Virus record (IMG/VR): IMGVR_UViG_3300025073_000989
DNA: 64,000 nt
Reading direction: 5' to 3' (one strand)
Source: a virus
Lineage: Duplodnaviria > Caudoviricetes
Positions 17,994 through 27,301 of the stretch are shown piece by piece (positions within the stretch are counted from its first letter, which is position 1; each line of letters starts with the position of its first letter). Made by a program: the position numbers and the translations under genes. The notes under the pieces were generated by a model. The model was not told the origin of the DNA. It saw only the letters and a program-made list of their open reading frames with translations, and did not search any database.

Positions 17994-19076
17994 TTACTGT
18001 AAACCCCCATGACTAGAAGACGTTGCAAAATAACCGTAACCAGCTACAAGTAAGTCACCAAAGTCAGTTGCATTACCAGTAACTACTATAGTAACATAAT
18101 CTATTACATTAGATGCACTACCAGCATAACCACCGCCAAAAACTGCTCTAGTAGAATTACATGTAGAACCTAAAGCATATCTATTAACAGTTTGATCACC
18201 AAAATCAGTCGCATTACCGGTAGATGCTATAGTAACATAGTCTAAAACATTACTAGCACAAAAAATACCCCTTGTTGAATTACTTGCTGCAGATATTTCA
18301 CTTCTAGAAACAGTCAAGTCACCAAAATCTGTGGCATTTCCTGTACTAGCAATAGTAATATAATCAATTACATTAGAGCCATTTCCCCCACCAACCAAAC
18401 CTCTGGTTGGAGAACTACATGCAGAATTATAAGATCTAGCAACAGTCATGTCACCAAAATCTGTGGCATTTCCTACAGACGCTATAGTAACATAATCAAT
18501 TACATTACCACTACCACAAAAAAGACCTCTAGTAGAAGAACCACAACCAGCCAACCCATGTCTAGCTACTGTTAAATCGCCAAAGTCTGTGGCATTGCCT
18601 ATCGTGTCTATAGTAACATAGTCTATAATATTTGTAGAGCTTCCTCCATTTCCTCCGCCAAAAACTGCTCTAGTGCTTGATGATGTGGCAGAACCATAAT
18701 ATCTAGCTGCTGTTAAATCCCCAAAATCTATAGAATTACCTAAAATTTCTACCTCTAAATAACTTATGACATTACTACTCCATAAATTGCCGGCAAACAA
18801 AGCCCTAGTATTATTTACCTCGTACCAAGACATCTCAGGAAAAACGTTTCCTAAAATTAAATCATTATAACTATCCCCACCAGAAGGATCTAAACAGGCT
18901 ATATAATGAGATCCGGTATAGGTGGTTTCCATATAATAATAACCACCGGCACCAGAAGAAGTGGCAGTGTTGAGCAGCTCACCATTAGATCTATTATGCA
19001 GATACAGTGTTGCAGTCGTAGGAACATCTTTTGTTTTAACATACCCATCAAAATAATATGTATAAAAAATAGTCAT
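17994..19076 (-). CDS. Putative virion protein: N-terminal beta-sandwich plus six-repeat (kelch-like) beta-propeller
   Basis: Six copies of R(A/G)xFxG...N(V/I)IDY(V/I)TIxxxGNATDFGD. Confidence 0.7.
   Translation of the reverse strand: MTIFYTYYFDGYVKTKDVPTTATLYLHNRSNGELLNTATSSGAGGYYYMETTYTGSHYIACLDPSGGDSYNDLILGNVFPEMSWYEVNNTRALFAGNLWSSNVISYLEVEILGNSIDFGDLTAARYYGSATSSSTRAVFGGGNGGSSTNIIDYVTIDTIGNATDFGDLTVARHGLAGCGSSTRGLFCGSGNVIDYVTIASVGNATDFGDMTVARSYNSACSSPTRGLVGGGNGSNVIDYITIASTGNATDFGDLTVSRSEISAASNSTRGIFCASNVLDYVTIASTGNATDFGDQTVNRYALGSTCNSTRAVFGGGYAGSASNVIDYVTIVVTGNATDFGDLLVAGYGYFATSSSHGGLQ
17997..18806 (-). repeat. Six tandem ~125-140 bp coding repeats
   Basis: DNA-level similarity, e.g. CCAAAATCTGTGGCATTTCCT recurs near 18322 and 18454; encodes GNATDFGD. 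Confidence 0.85.
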
Positions 19077-19084
19077 AATACGCC

Positions 19085-19771
19085 TTATGTTTTTAATTTT
19101 AACACTATAAAACTGTTATCTTCTTCGTTTATTATATAAACACCGCTAGTAGTAGCAAGAAATAAACTATTACCAGAAGTATTTTCAATTACATATATGT
19201 CATTAATTTTAATTCCGGACTGTAAAATTCCAGACCCAGTTATATATTTTTTATCAGGAATGCTCCAGTCGTGTGTATTTTTAACTTTATCTAATTCCCA
19301 CCCGCCGGCGCCGGAGAATGTATAATATAAACTACCGTTGGTTATAAAGCATTTTTCTATATATTCGGTTCCAGAAACAACAAAAGACGACCTATAAGAT
19401 TGAGGATCAAACTTAATTATATCCATACCAGTACCAGAAGTTGACACTGAACTTAAAAATGTATCATTGGCGTGTAAATAATTTATACTATTCCCTACTA
19501 TATATGGGTAAGTTAAATAATCATTCAAACAACTAACTAAATCATATGGATTATCTGTACTACCGCTTACACAGGCTTTACTTAAGCTCTTAATACCACT
19601 AGAAGTAGTACCTAAATATACATAAGTTCCATTTCCTGCTACAGTAGTAAAACCACCCACATAATTAATATAAGCATATAACGCTTCCGATGTAATGTCA
19701 TAAACATATAGCCCTTTATCGTGTGCGGCATAAGCAAACACACCATCTGAATACAGTTGATAAAACGACAT
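19085..19771 (-). CDS. Putative virion protein, beta-propeller-like
   Basis: 228 aa, repeated YxYxxx..GLYVYD/GVYIIN strands. Confidence 0.5.
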   Translation of the reverse strand: MSFYQLYSDGVFAYAAHDKGLYVYDITSEALYAYINYVGGFTTVAGNGTYVYLGTTSSGIKSLSKACVSGSTDNPYDLVSCLNDYLTYPYIVGNSINYLHANDTFLSSVSTSGTGMDIIKFDPQSYRSSFVVSGTEYIEKCFITNGSLYYTFSGAGGWELDKVKNTHDWSIPDKKYITGSGILQSGIKINDIYVIENTSGNSLFLATTSGVYIINEEDNSFIVLKLKT

Positions 19772-19774
19772 TGG

Positions 19775-21631
19775 TTACACCGGTTTTATTTGGTCATAAC
19801 TTAGTATATTATACCCATCACCTATTTCAGGCATAATATTTATAAAATAATATACATCGGAGCTTGAAGTAAATTCAAAGTGGCCAGTTCCTGAGTTAGA
19901 TATTAAAGTATCATAAAGTTCCCCGGTATCTCTTTTATACACATAAACAGTTCTTGCTACAGACTGGCCAGCCAACTTTACCTCACCACCAAAAACAAAA
20001 GCAGGTTTTACCTCAGTGGTAGAAAAATTAACTAAAGTACTCAGAGATAGCTCGGTTACTATTTTACTATAGCTGCTATACATTCCTTTTGCGATTCTAA
20101 TACCTGATATACTTCCTGGCAGGTAACCGCCGCTTTCCATATCTCTTGCTATATATAAATTAGCAGAATTTAAAATATCAACAGAACCAGAATGTGTACC
20201 ATTATATACGCCATTAATGTATATTTTAGTTACTCCACCATTCCTGTATGCAGTAAAGTAATACCAAGTATTTGTTAAAATAGTAGGAAAAGTTGTAGTT
20301 ATAATAATTGCTGCCCCATTTCCAGCAATAAAACGAATGGTGCCGTTAGAGAATAGCTCTATATCAAAAGCCACAGCACCTGTCCAAGCAGAATATTTGG
20401 CTAATAGAGTTCTAGTAGCAAGTGTTGTCACTTTAAACCAAAAATTTATAGTAAAATCACTAGTTCCAAAATCAAAAACAGTATTATGAGGAATAATTAT
20501 ATGATCATTACTGCCATCAAAATCTATGGCTTTTCCTATGTTTCCTTCAACCAGATCACTGGCGGTCATTGAACCATAGGTAGTACCATTTAAAGTATTA
20601 GAAGTTGAATCTAATATGCAATTTGTTCCGCCAGAGGGATCTTGGGCCATATGATAAACCGCAGAATAACCTGACCATACATTTTGAGCCGCGGAAGAAC
20701 CTGTTTCTCCTATATAAGTTGTATTGTCTGCTGCTGTATTATCGTAGTATAAATACAAGTTAGAATTTATACCTGAAGAAAGTGCTGGGATTTTAGCCCA
20801 AAGATATGCTACCTCATTAATAGAATCCCAACTTTCTATCTCTGTATAGCACTGATTACTGTTTGAATCATATATAGCTATCTTTTGTTTATTATGTGTA
20901 ATGGTAATTTCATACAACCCGGCATTGAACCCACTGGGTACTGAATAAGAAAACTCTGATGCTCCAAAATTTGCAGTAAATGTTGAATCATAATATGCAG
21001 CTACATGTGCAAAAACACCCCCACTAATATCTGTATCAGTAAATAACGGATTAGTTCCATTTGCTGGATCGCCTGAAGCAAGCCAAGTACCATTCTTCGC
21101 AATCCAAAACTTGCCGGCATCTGCATCAAAAGCTATGGAGATTGTATCAGTAGTTGCAAAATAAGTCCCTATTTCAGTAAAAGAATTAGCATGAACTTTT
21201 CTACCATTACTTCCGCCACCAACATAGTAGCCCCAACCATTTGTGTCATATCCAACATACCAAGTAAATGGGGCAGCAGCTTTGGAAATACCCCAACCAG
21301 CCTCAATAGTACCAGTGCGAACAAATTCAAAATACCACTTTCCTGTAGTTTTACTAATTGTAGATCTTACACCCCCATAACCGGTTGTAGAAAAAGTAGC
21401 TATTAAATCTCCACCAGATAATGCAACATCCGCTGTTTTATCAGATATATTCCATGTGGCATAAGAAATACTACCACTGATTAATAACTCCTCAAATAAA
21501 TCATCATAATTAGTACCAGATAAAGTAACTAATGCTGGAAAATTAGTTAAATCCTCTCCAACTAAATCTCCGTTAATAGTATTAATTATTCTTTTATTAT
21601 AATCATCATTATGCCAAATGTAATTCACCAT
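19775..21631 (-). CDS. Modular virion protein: DUF2341 with inserted SPRY, LamG, C-terminal beta-sandwich
   Basis: GKWYFE...AFDADAGKFWIAKNG SPRY; EIESWD...LWAKIP...LYLYY DUF2341; DFTINFW LamG. Confidence 0.7.
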   Translation of the reverse strand: MVNYIWHNDDYNKRIINTINGDLVGEDLTNFPALVTLSGTNYDDLFEELLISGSISYATWNISDKTADVALSGGDLIATFSTTGYGGVRSTISKTTGKWYFEFVRTGTIEAGWGISKAAAPFTWYVGYDTNGWGYYVGGGSNGRKVHANSFTEIGTYFATTDTISIAFDADAGKFWIAKNGTWLASGDPANGTNPLFTDTDISGGVFAHVAAYYDSTFTANFGASEFSYSVPSGFNAGLYEITITHNKQKIAIYDSNSNQCYTEIESWDSINEVAYLWAKIPALSSGINSNLYLYYDNTAADNTTYIGETGSSAAQNVWSGYSAVYHMAQDPSGGTNCILDSTSNTLNGTTYGSMTASDLVEGNIGKAIDFDGSNDHIIIPHNTVFDFGTSDFTINFWFKVTTLATRTLLAKYSAWTGAVAFDIELFSNGTIRFIAGNGAAIIITTTFPTILTNTWYYFTAYRNGGVTKIYINGVYNGTHSGSVDILNSANLYIARDMESGGYLPGSISGIRIAKGMYSSYSKIVTELSLSTLVNFSTTEVKPAFVFGGEVKLAGQSVARTVYVYKRDTGELYDTLISNSGTGHFEFTSSSDVYYFINIMPEIGDGYNILSYDQIKPV

Positions 21632-21633
21632 AA

Positions 21634-24600
21634 TTATTCTTCAAGCCCCCACCAACACTTAATATTAGTTTCAAAAATAGCTGAGTTTTCCTCAACAGGA
21701 CCAAAAAGCCCACCAAAACCCGTTGGTGGTTCGTAAGCATACTCCGTAGCTCCAAAATTCAATGTAACACTGTCATTAGTATAGAAAGAACCCCAAACAA
21801 TATAGTAAGGTCCTACTTTTATATCATTAAAATAATTAGTAGTATTTACTCCAGTACTCGGATCACCACCATCAAACCAAACACCGTTTCTACCAAACCA
21901 AAGCTTTTTATTACCAACATCTACAGCTAGCATAATCACATCACTGTTGATTAGTGTTTTATCTCCATATAAAAACGTATAACCACCATAAAATCCACCA
22001 GGTGGATTACTGTATCCAAAATTACCTGAAAAATAACTATAACTTAAACCTGCAGCATCCCTACCCAAAGTAGTATTAAAATTAAAAGCGTCTTTTGCTA
22101 TTCCAAAATACTGCTCATTGTAATTATAAGAACCACGACTGCTTGTATTATTTATGATAAATTCCACATAGTATTTACCGGTATTATTAGTCATTATTGT
22201 ACTTCTTATATAACCATATGTATAATAATCGGGAATAGTAAATGTAGTAGTTAATTTATCTGTCCCCAAGACCATATATGTGTTTTTATTCACATCACTT
22301 AAAACTGAGTAACCAGATAAATCTGATATATCACTTGGTAGATTAGATTGTATGTAAACATTACTACTTGTTTGTGGTACTATATCTTGTATTTTTATTA
22401 TTGGTGGAATTAGTATTTTATTAAGTACAGGCACATTGTTATTGTCTGATCTTAGGGTAACTCTTGTTTGGTGGTATCGTTTATACGGTAAAAAATATTC
22501 ACTTCTTTTAACTACATCCCAACCCAACGAGCCAGATATTCCCCACACCGAATCAGTAGATAGTGGTAATTTTATCCCAGTATTTTGATTTTCTAGGTGG
22601 TTTGTTGTATTAAAAAAGAATATATCAGGAGGAGCATGATTACCAGTAACAGTTAAATCTAACACAGTATTGCCAGAAAACTTATTTATAACTTTAATGT
22701 AGTTATATGCTTTACTATATACCACCACATTATCAGTTGAAGATGTTATTCTATATGCCCCAACAATGGGTTTCGATAACACAACAGTTCCTAAACTGTC
22801 CACTCTATACAAAGTAGTTGAATTTATTCCCCAAAATCCATCATAATTATCACTACATAATCTATTTATAGCTACTCCTAAATTAGTAGATAAAATTAAA
22901 TTACCATCCGAAGCATACTTGTTTGCTAGCATGGTATAGTTATCAACAACCCAACATCCATTGTCTATTGTTCCGCACAGCGCTCTAGGAGTGTTTAGAC
23001 TAATAGAGCTTAATGTAGCCCCAGTACTACTAAGATGCATCAGCCTGTTAGTTATTTTGTCTGTATACCAAACACCAGTACCATTTAATTCACTTGCCAA
23101 ATCATAAATCGTGTCAGCAGAAAAAACTAATTTATATTTTTCTGACATAACACTACTAAAATGTAAAAGGGTTATACAGTTATTTGCAGTACCAACCCCA
23201 TATGCCCAAAGACCCCCGTAACTATCAAAATCCATCTTAACATCAAAACTATAATATGTTTTAGTAGTAATGGTATATGCTACTTGTGTACCGCTTCTGT
23301 TGTAAACATAGATATACCCATTATACGGAGAGGCTCCGTGGTAATTAATAGCAATTCTTCCTCTTTTATTATCTATTGCAGTATAATTTCTATATGTACT
23401 ATTTGGAACACTTGTTTTCCAAGAAGTAGTAACTACACCGCTAGAAATATCAGCTTTTAGTATTTTATCATCATAATACATATAAAGCTCTTCTACTCCA
23501 ACGGGGGAAATATCGCTACTTCTAACTTCTATATCCTCCGACTCTCCTGAATAACTAATTGAAGTACCACTTGCGGTTATACCGTCAACTACTAGATACC
23601 CTAAAGATGAATTACTAGAAGAAAGTACTGGAGATGTGTAAGTTCCAGAAATTACTGGTATATTAATTGGACTGAATCCACTTGGCGGTGAATAACTAAA
23701 ACTACTTGTAGTGCCTTTAAGTCTTAACAAACTATACCCGTGCAAGGCCGTGCACAATACATAATATTCAGTGAATGCTATAGAACTATACGCCGGGTTT
23801 GTACCAGCAGAAGGATCGCCAGAAGCTTGCCAAACACCGTTCTTAGAAAACCAAAGCTTACCACTATCTGTATCAATTGCGCATCCTATTATATTACCAG
23901 TTGTATATGAATTGCCATAACTTGTAGCTGCCGCATTATAATATTTATTACCATTAGTATAATACCCATAACTATTTGTAGTTTTACCAGCATAATTATC
24001 GTATACTATTCTAGATGAAGCGTTTCCTATTCCTATAAATATACCATTATCATAATTAAGTATAACCTCAATCTCAAAATAATATTTTCCTGACCCTGAT
24101 AATTTTTTTCCACGCGTATATGAACTACAATAAACGTTATTAGCTCTAGTAACAGACACAAAAGTAACACCGTCACTTGCTATATCTATATACCCCGCAT
24201 TTATCTCCTCAAAAGTAAAATCATAATCTATAGCGCCCAAAATTACACCATTGTTTGTTATCGAATAATTAGTTTTATCATATGCTCCAAGATCCCATGT
24301 ATATTTCATATCACCATAATTACTATCTATAATAACACCATCGTCTAAACCGTAAAAAGGCCCACCAAAAGAAGAAGACAATTTTACATATCCTTCTAAG
24401 CCTATATCATTATAATCAATTGACACATAAGCATTAACTGCACTAGTTCCTATAATATTATTATTAAATATTTTTATTGAATCTACTACTCCTTGTTCTA
24501 TCATCTTATAAGCATCAGTTCCATCTATACCAAAATTTACTATACTGTCATCATTATTAATTACAACCTCATAAATAGTACAACTTATATTCTCTACAGT

Positions 24601-24969
24601 AATTAATATATACCTTGGGGAAAAATTATCTGGAATTATATCTACATAATAATAATCAGTAACTGAGTTTTTATGGCACGTAATATATGTTCCTGATGTT
24701 GTATTTTTATAGTAGAAATTAACACTGCTTAACACCTGTTCCTCAGTCCCACTACTGCTTATATGAATACCAACACTATCTAAAAGTATCCTATTTGACA
24801 TATCTAATTGTAGGTATAAAACATCAGTATTTATTATATTTACACCAGAAATACCAGTATCGACATCATACAAAAGGCTTAATTCACCAAAAGTAAGTTG
24901 TTTATTTCCAGTACCTGACGAGGTAATAGATGAAAAAATACCTTGGTTTATTAAATTATAATTAACCAC
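21634..24969 (-). CDS. Large virion protein: beta-propeller scaffold with two SPRY inserts
   Basis: Two GKYY(F/V)E...(A/C)(I/V)D...KLWF.(K/R)NG SPRY units; D..GG(L/C)W repeats; paralog of 24969-27272. Confidence 0.65.
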   Translation of the reverse strand: MVNYNLINQGIFSSITSSGTGNKQLTFGELSLLYDVDTGISGVNIINTDVLYLQLDMSNRILLDSVGIHISSSGTEEQVLSSVNFYYKNTTSGTYITCHKNSVTDYYYVDIIPDNFSPRYILITVENISCTIYEVVINNDDSIVNFGIDGTDAYKMIEQGVVDSIKIFNNNIIGTSAVNAYVSIDYNDIGLEGYVKLSSSFGGPFYGLDDGVIIDSNYGDMKYTWDLGAYDKTNYSITNNGVILGAIDYDFTFEEINAGYIDIASDGVTFVSVTRANNVYCSSYTRGKKLSGSGKYYFEIEVILNYDNGIFIGIGNASSRIVYDNYAGKTTNSYGYYTNGNKYYNAAATSYGNSYTTGNIIGCAIDTDSGKLWFSKNGVWQASGDPSAGTNPAYSSIAFTEYYVLCTALHGYSLLRLKGTTSSFSYSPPSGFSPINIPVISGTYTSPVLSSSNSSLGYLVVDGITASGTSISYSGESEDIEVRSSDISPVGVEELYMYYDDKILKADISSGVVTTSWKTSVPNSTYRNYTAIDNKRGRIAINYHGASPYNGYIYVYNRSGTQVAYTITTKTYYSFDVKMDFDSYGGLWAYGVGTANNCITLLHFSSVMSEKYKLVFSADTIYDLASELNGTGVWYTDKITNRLMHLSSTGATLSSISLNTPRALCGTIDNGCWVVDNYTMLANKYASDGNLILSTNLGVAINRLCSDNYDGFWGINSTTLYRVDSLGTVVLSKPIVGAYRITSSTDNVVVYSKAYNYIKVINKFSGNTVLDLTVTGNHAPPDIFFFNTTNHLENQNTGIKLPLSTDSVWGISGSLGWDVVKRSEYFLPYKRYHQTRVTLRSDNNNVPVLNKILIPPIIKIQDIVPQTSSNVYIQSNLPSDISDLSGYSVLSDVNKNTYMVLGTDKLTTTFTIPDYYTYGYIRSTIMTNNTGKYYVEFIINNTSSRGSYNYNEQYFGIAKDAFNFNTTLGRDAAGLSYSYFSGNFGYSNPPGGFYGGYTFLYGDKTLINSDVIMLAVDVGNKKLWFGRNGVWFDGGDPSTGVNTTNYFNDIKVGPYYIVWGSFYTNDSVTLNFGATEYAYEPPTGFGGLFGPVEENSAIFETNIKCWWGLEE

Positions 24970-27272
24970 TATGCAATCTCCCTCTGACTAACCAATATAT
25001 TACTGATATATGAGTCCTCATCTCCTGTAGAATAAAAAGCAGACTTAACAAAAATATCTTTATGTGCATTTGGTTGTATATTGTCCAACTCAACCACCGA
25101 TCCTATTTTTATATTTTCAACAAAAGGTGAGAATATATTTTTTATTATTTTTAAATCGTCAAAATACGTATAAGTAGCGCCATAGTGATATACTTCAAAA
25201 TAACCAGAAGTCTGTATTTTATCCCCAAAATTACATGTCCAATCAAAAGATTTTGGCTCTACCTCCAGTTCACTCCATGTTTTTATCCCAACAACTGGAC
25301 CACTTCTAAATATTTTAATATTTTGCCATATAGTAGCAAAGTTAAATATATGAAAAGTAGAACTAAATATAGCTTTATATAAAGAAGTAGTAACTCCGTT
25401 ATATATAACATAAAAGTCTATATAACTACTTATACCAGAATCATATATTGTACAATACAACATATTACTGTCGCTAATATATACAGGCCTGATATAGGTA
25501 GTAACCCCTAACCGTTTAAATTTAAAGCTCATTTCCCAGCAATCTCCTAATTGAAACTGTTGTATAGTCCTAGTCTTTACAACATTACCGGCTCCCTGCT
25601 GTTTCAAATATCCTAAAGAATAATCCTCAGCATCCCCTGAAATATGCTGCCAATTAGACCCATCTACAAAAGTATCGTGAAGTAAAATAGTTGAGTTTGG
25701 TTCTAAACTTATTTTTGCCCTATAGTACCTATTTCTAGGTAATAGTTCACCATTTATATTTACTTCTTTCCAAACCAAACTTCCATTTTCTCCCCACACT
25801 TGATCTTGCCTTGTAGGAAACTCTATTGTAGTATCCTCAGTGTAGTCCAATGTAAAAAAAGTTGGTATTCCTACATTGGTATATTCATCTAAATAAATAG
25901 TTTTTTTTAAGTTTCCAGTAACAGTATCTAATATTATAATTGGAGTTCTATCAAAATTATTTGTATACCCATCATAATTACTAGGCAGAGATTGCAGTAC
26001 TATACTTCTTCTGCCAGCCCACATACGATTATATCCTTGTAAAGCGGTATTAGATACAACCATTCCTCCTGAACCATTAAACCTAAAAACACCTTCAGCC
26101 CCAGAACACCAAAAACCACCATAAAAATCACTTTTCATTACATCTATATTTATGTTTAACGTATTAGATGATAATAAGTCACCAGAATTATTATACTTTA
26201 AAACTTTTTTCTCTGAGGTTTCAAACACCCAACAACCACCATCTATGTCAGAACAAACAGCCTTTGCATTTTTTAATACAAACCCTACAGTTTCGGTTCC
26301 TACACCGTTTAGGTGTATTAGTCTATTAGTTGTTTTGTTTATAAACCACAAACCATCTCCGTACAAATCAGCAGACATGTCCTGTACAAAATCAGTGTAT
26401 CCCATGTTTAATTCATAAATGGATGTGTTAAAGTCAGCACTAATGTGTATAAGCGACCTTATACTACTGCCATCGACATACAAAGCAGAACTATCTACAG
26501 CTGAATGCTTTCCGTACCCCCAATAACCATACCTACCAACAGATTCTAAAAAATAAGAAAGTCCATATTTTAGATAGTAACTGATTATATAACCATCAGT
26601 ACTACTTAATAATATACCATTTCTGTTGTATCTATATGCTCTAGATTGCCAGTGTGAATAATAATTTACATAACAAACGGTAATAATATCACCATTATTT
26701 TTATTAACACTTACAATAGCACTACTAGTAGAACCAGTAAGAGACTCATTAGTTAATGTGTTTATTGAGTTATCTTTAGTATTATATAAAACTATCCCTA
26801 AATTAGTAGGAATGTACAATTCTTCAATGGATTCTGGAGATATATCACTTCCCATAACTTCAAGAGTACAACTAGTACCGCTAGCTATTGTTGCATCTAA
26901 ATAGAAATAAGAAGCTTTAAAATTATCTATAAAATCATAGACAGGTGATACATAATTTCCGCCACTTCCTGTTTGATAGATAAAATTATCCCTTACACAG
27001 GTATTTTCAAAATGACCTAAACTCCAACTATATGCCTTGTTAAAACTCTTACCTACTAGCGTAGTGTCTTCTACATCATAGTAGTTACTTCCTGATGAAG
27101 TAGTAATTTTAAGTCTATTTTTGGTTTCCGTAGGATAAACCATAGCATAGGCATTTATTGAAAAAGTATTATTATTGTATATTGGAATGGCAACAAAACT
27201 ACCTTCTTGATCAAAGTATTCAGTTGGTAACTCCTGTTCTTTTATTGTTCCATCTTCTCCGAAACTTACCAT
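24969..27272 (-). CDS. Large virion protein, paralog of 21634-24969, with a different (ConA-like) insert
   Basis: Collinear blocks: VSFGEDGT, DLYGDGLWFINKTTNRLIHL, GGCWV, DFYGGFW, VWGENGSLVW, LP..RY. Confidence 0.65.
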   Translation of the reverse strand: MVSFGEDGTIKEQELPTEYFDQEGSFVAIPIYNNNTFSINAYAMVYPTETKNRLKITTSSGSNYYDVEDTTLVGKSFNKAYSWSLGHFENTCVRDNFIYQTGSGGNYVSPVYDFIDNFKASYFYLDATIASGTSCTLEVMGSDISPESIEELYIPTNLGIVLYNTKDNSINTLTNESLTGSTSSAIVSVNKNNGDIITVCYVNYYSHWQSRAYRYNRNGILLSSTDGYIISYYLKYGLSYFLESVGRYGYWGYGKHSAVDSSALYVDGSSIRSLIHISADFNTSIYELNMGYTDFVQDMSADLYGDGLWFINKTTNRLIHLNGVGTETVGFVLKNAKAVCSDIDGGCWVFETSEKKVLKYNNSGDLLSSNTLNINIDVMKSDFYGGFWCSGAEGVFRFNGSGGMVVSNTALQGYNRMWAGRRSIVLQSLPSNYDGYTNNFDRTPIIILDTVTGNLKKTIYLDEYTNVGIPTFFTLDYTEDTTIEFPTRQDQVWGENGSLVWKEVNINGELLPRNRYYRAKISLEPNSTILLHDTFVDGSNWQHISGDAEDYSLGYLKQQGAGNVVKTRTIQQFQLGDCWEMSFKFKRLGVTTYIRPVYISDSNMLYCTIYDSGISSYIDFYVIYNGVTTSLYKAIFSSTFHIFNFATIWQNIKIFRSGPVVGIKTWSELEVEPKSFDWTCNFGDKIQTSGYFEVYHYGATYTYFDDLKIIKNIFSPFVENIKIGSVVELDNIQPNAHKDIFVKSAFYSTGDEDSYISNILVSQREIA

Positions 27273-27282
27273 CTATACCCCT

Positions 27283-27299
27283 CTACTATTGTATGGTTA
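27283..27299 (-). promoter_or_regulatory. TAACC-N7-AGTAG motif, copy A (candidate late promoter/operator)
   Basis: TAACC ATACAAT AGTAG, 10 nt before the ATG at 27272. Confidence 0.55.
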
Positions 27300-27301
27300 C
27301 T

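Noticed and set aside
15820-24237. Possible diversity-generating retroelement TR/VR pair among the SPRY/LamG copies (e.g. the KNGVWQASG segments near 15990 and 23830)
   Set aside because: Differences are mostly synonymous and not adenine-specific, identity is patchy, and there is no reverse transcriptase in the window
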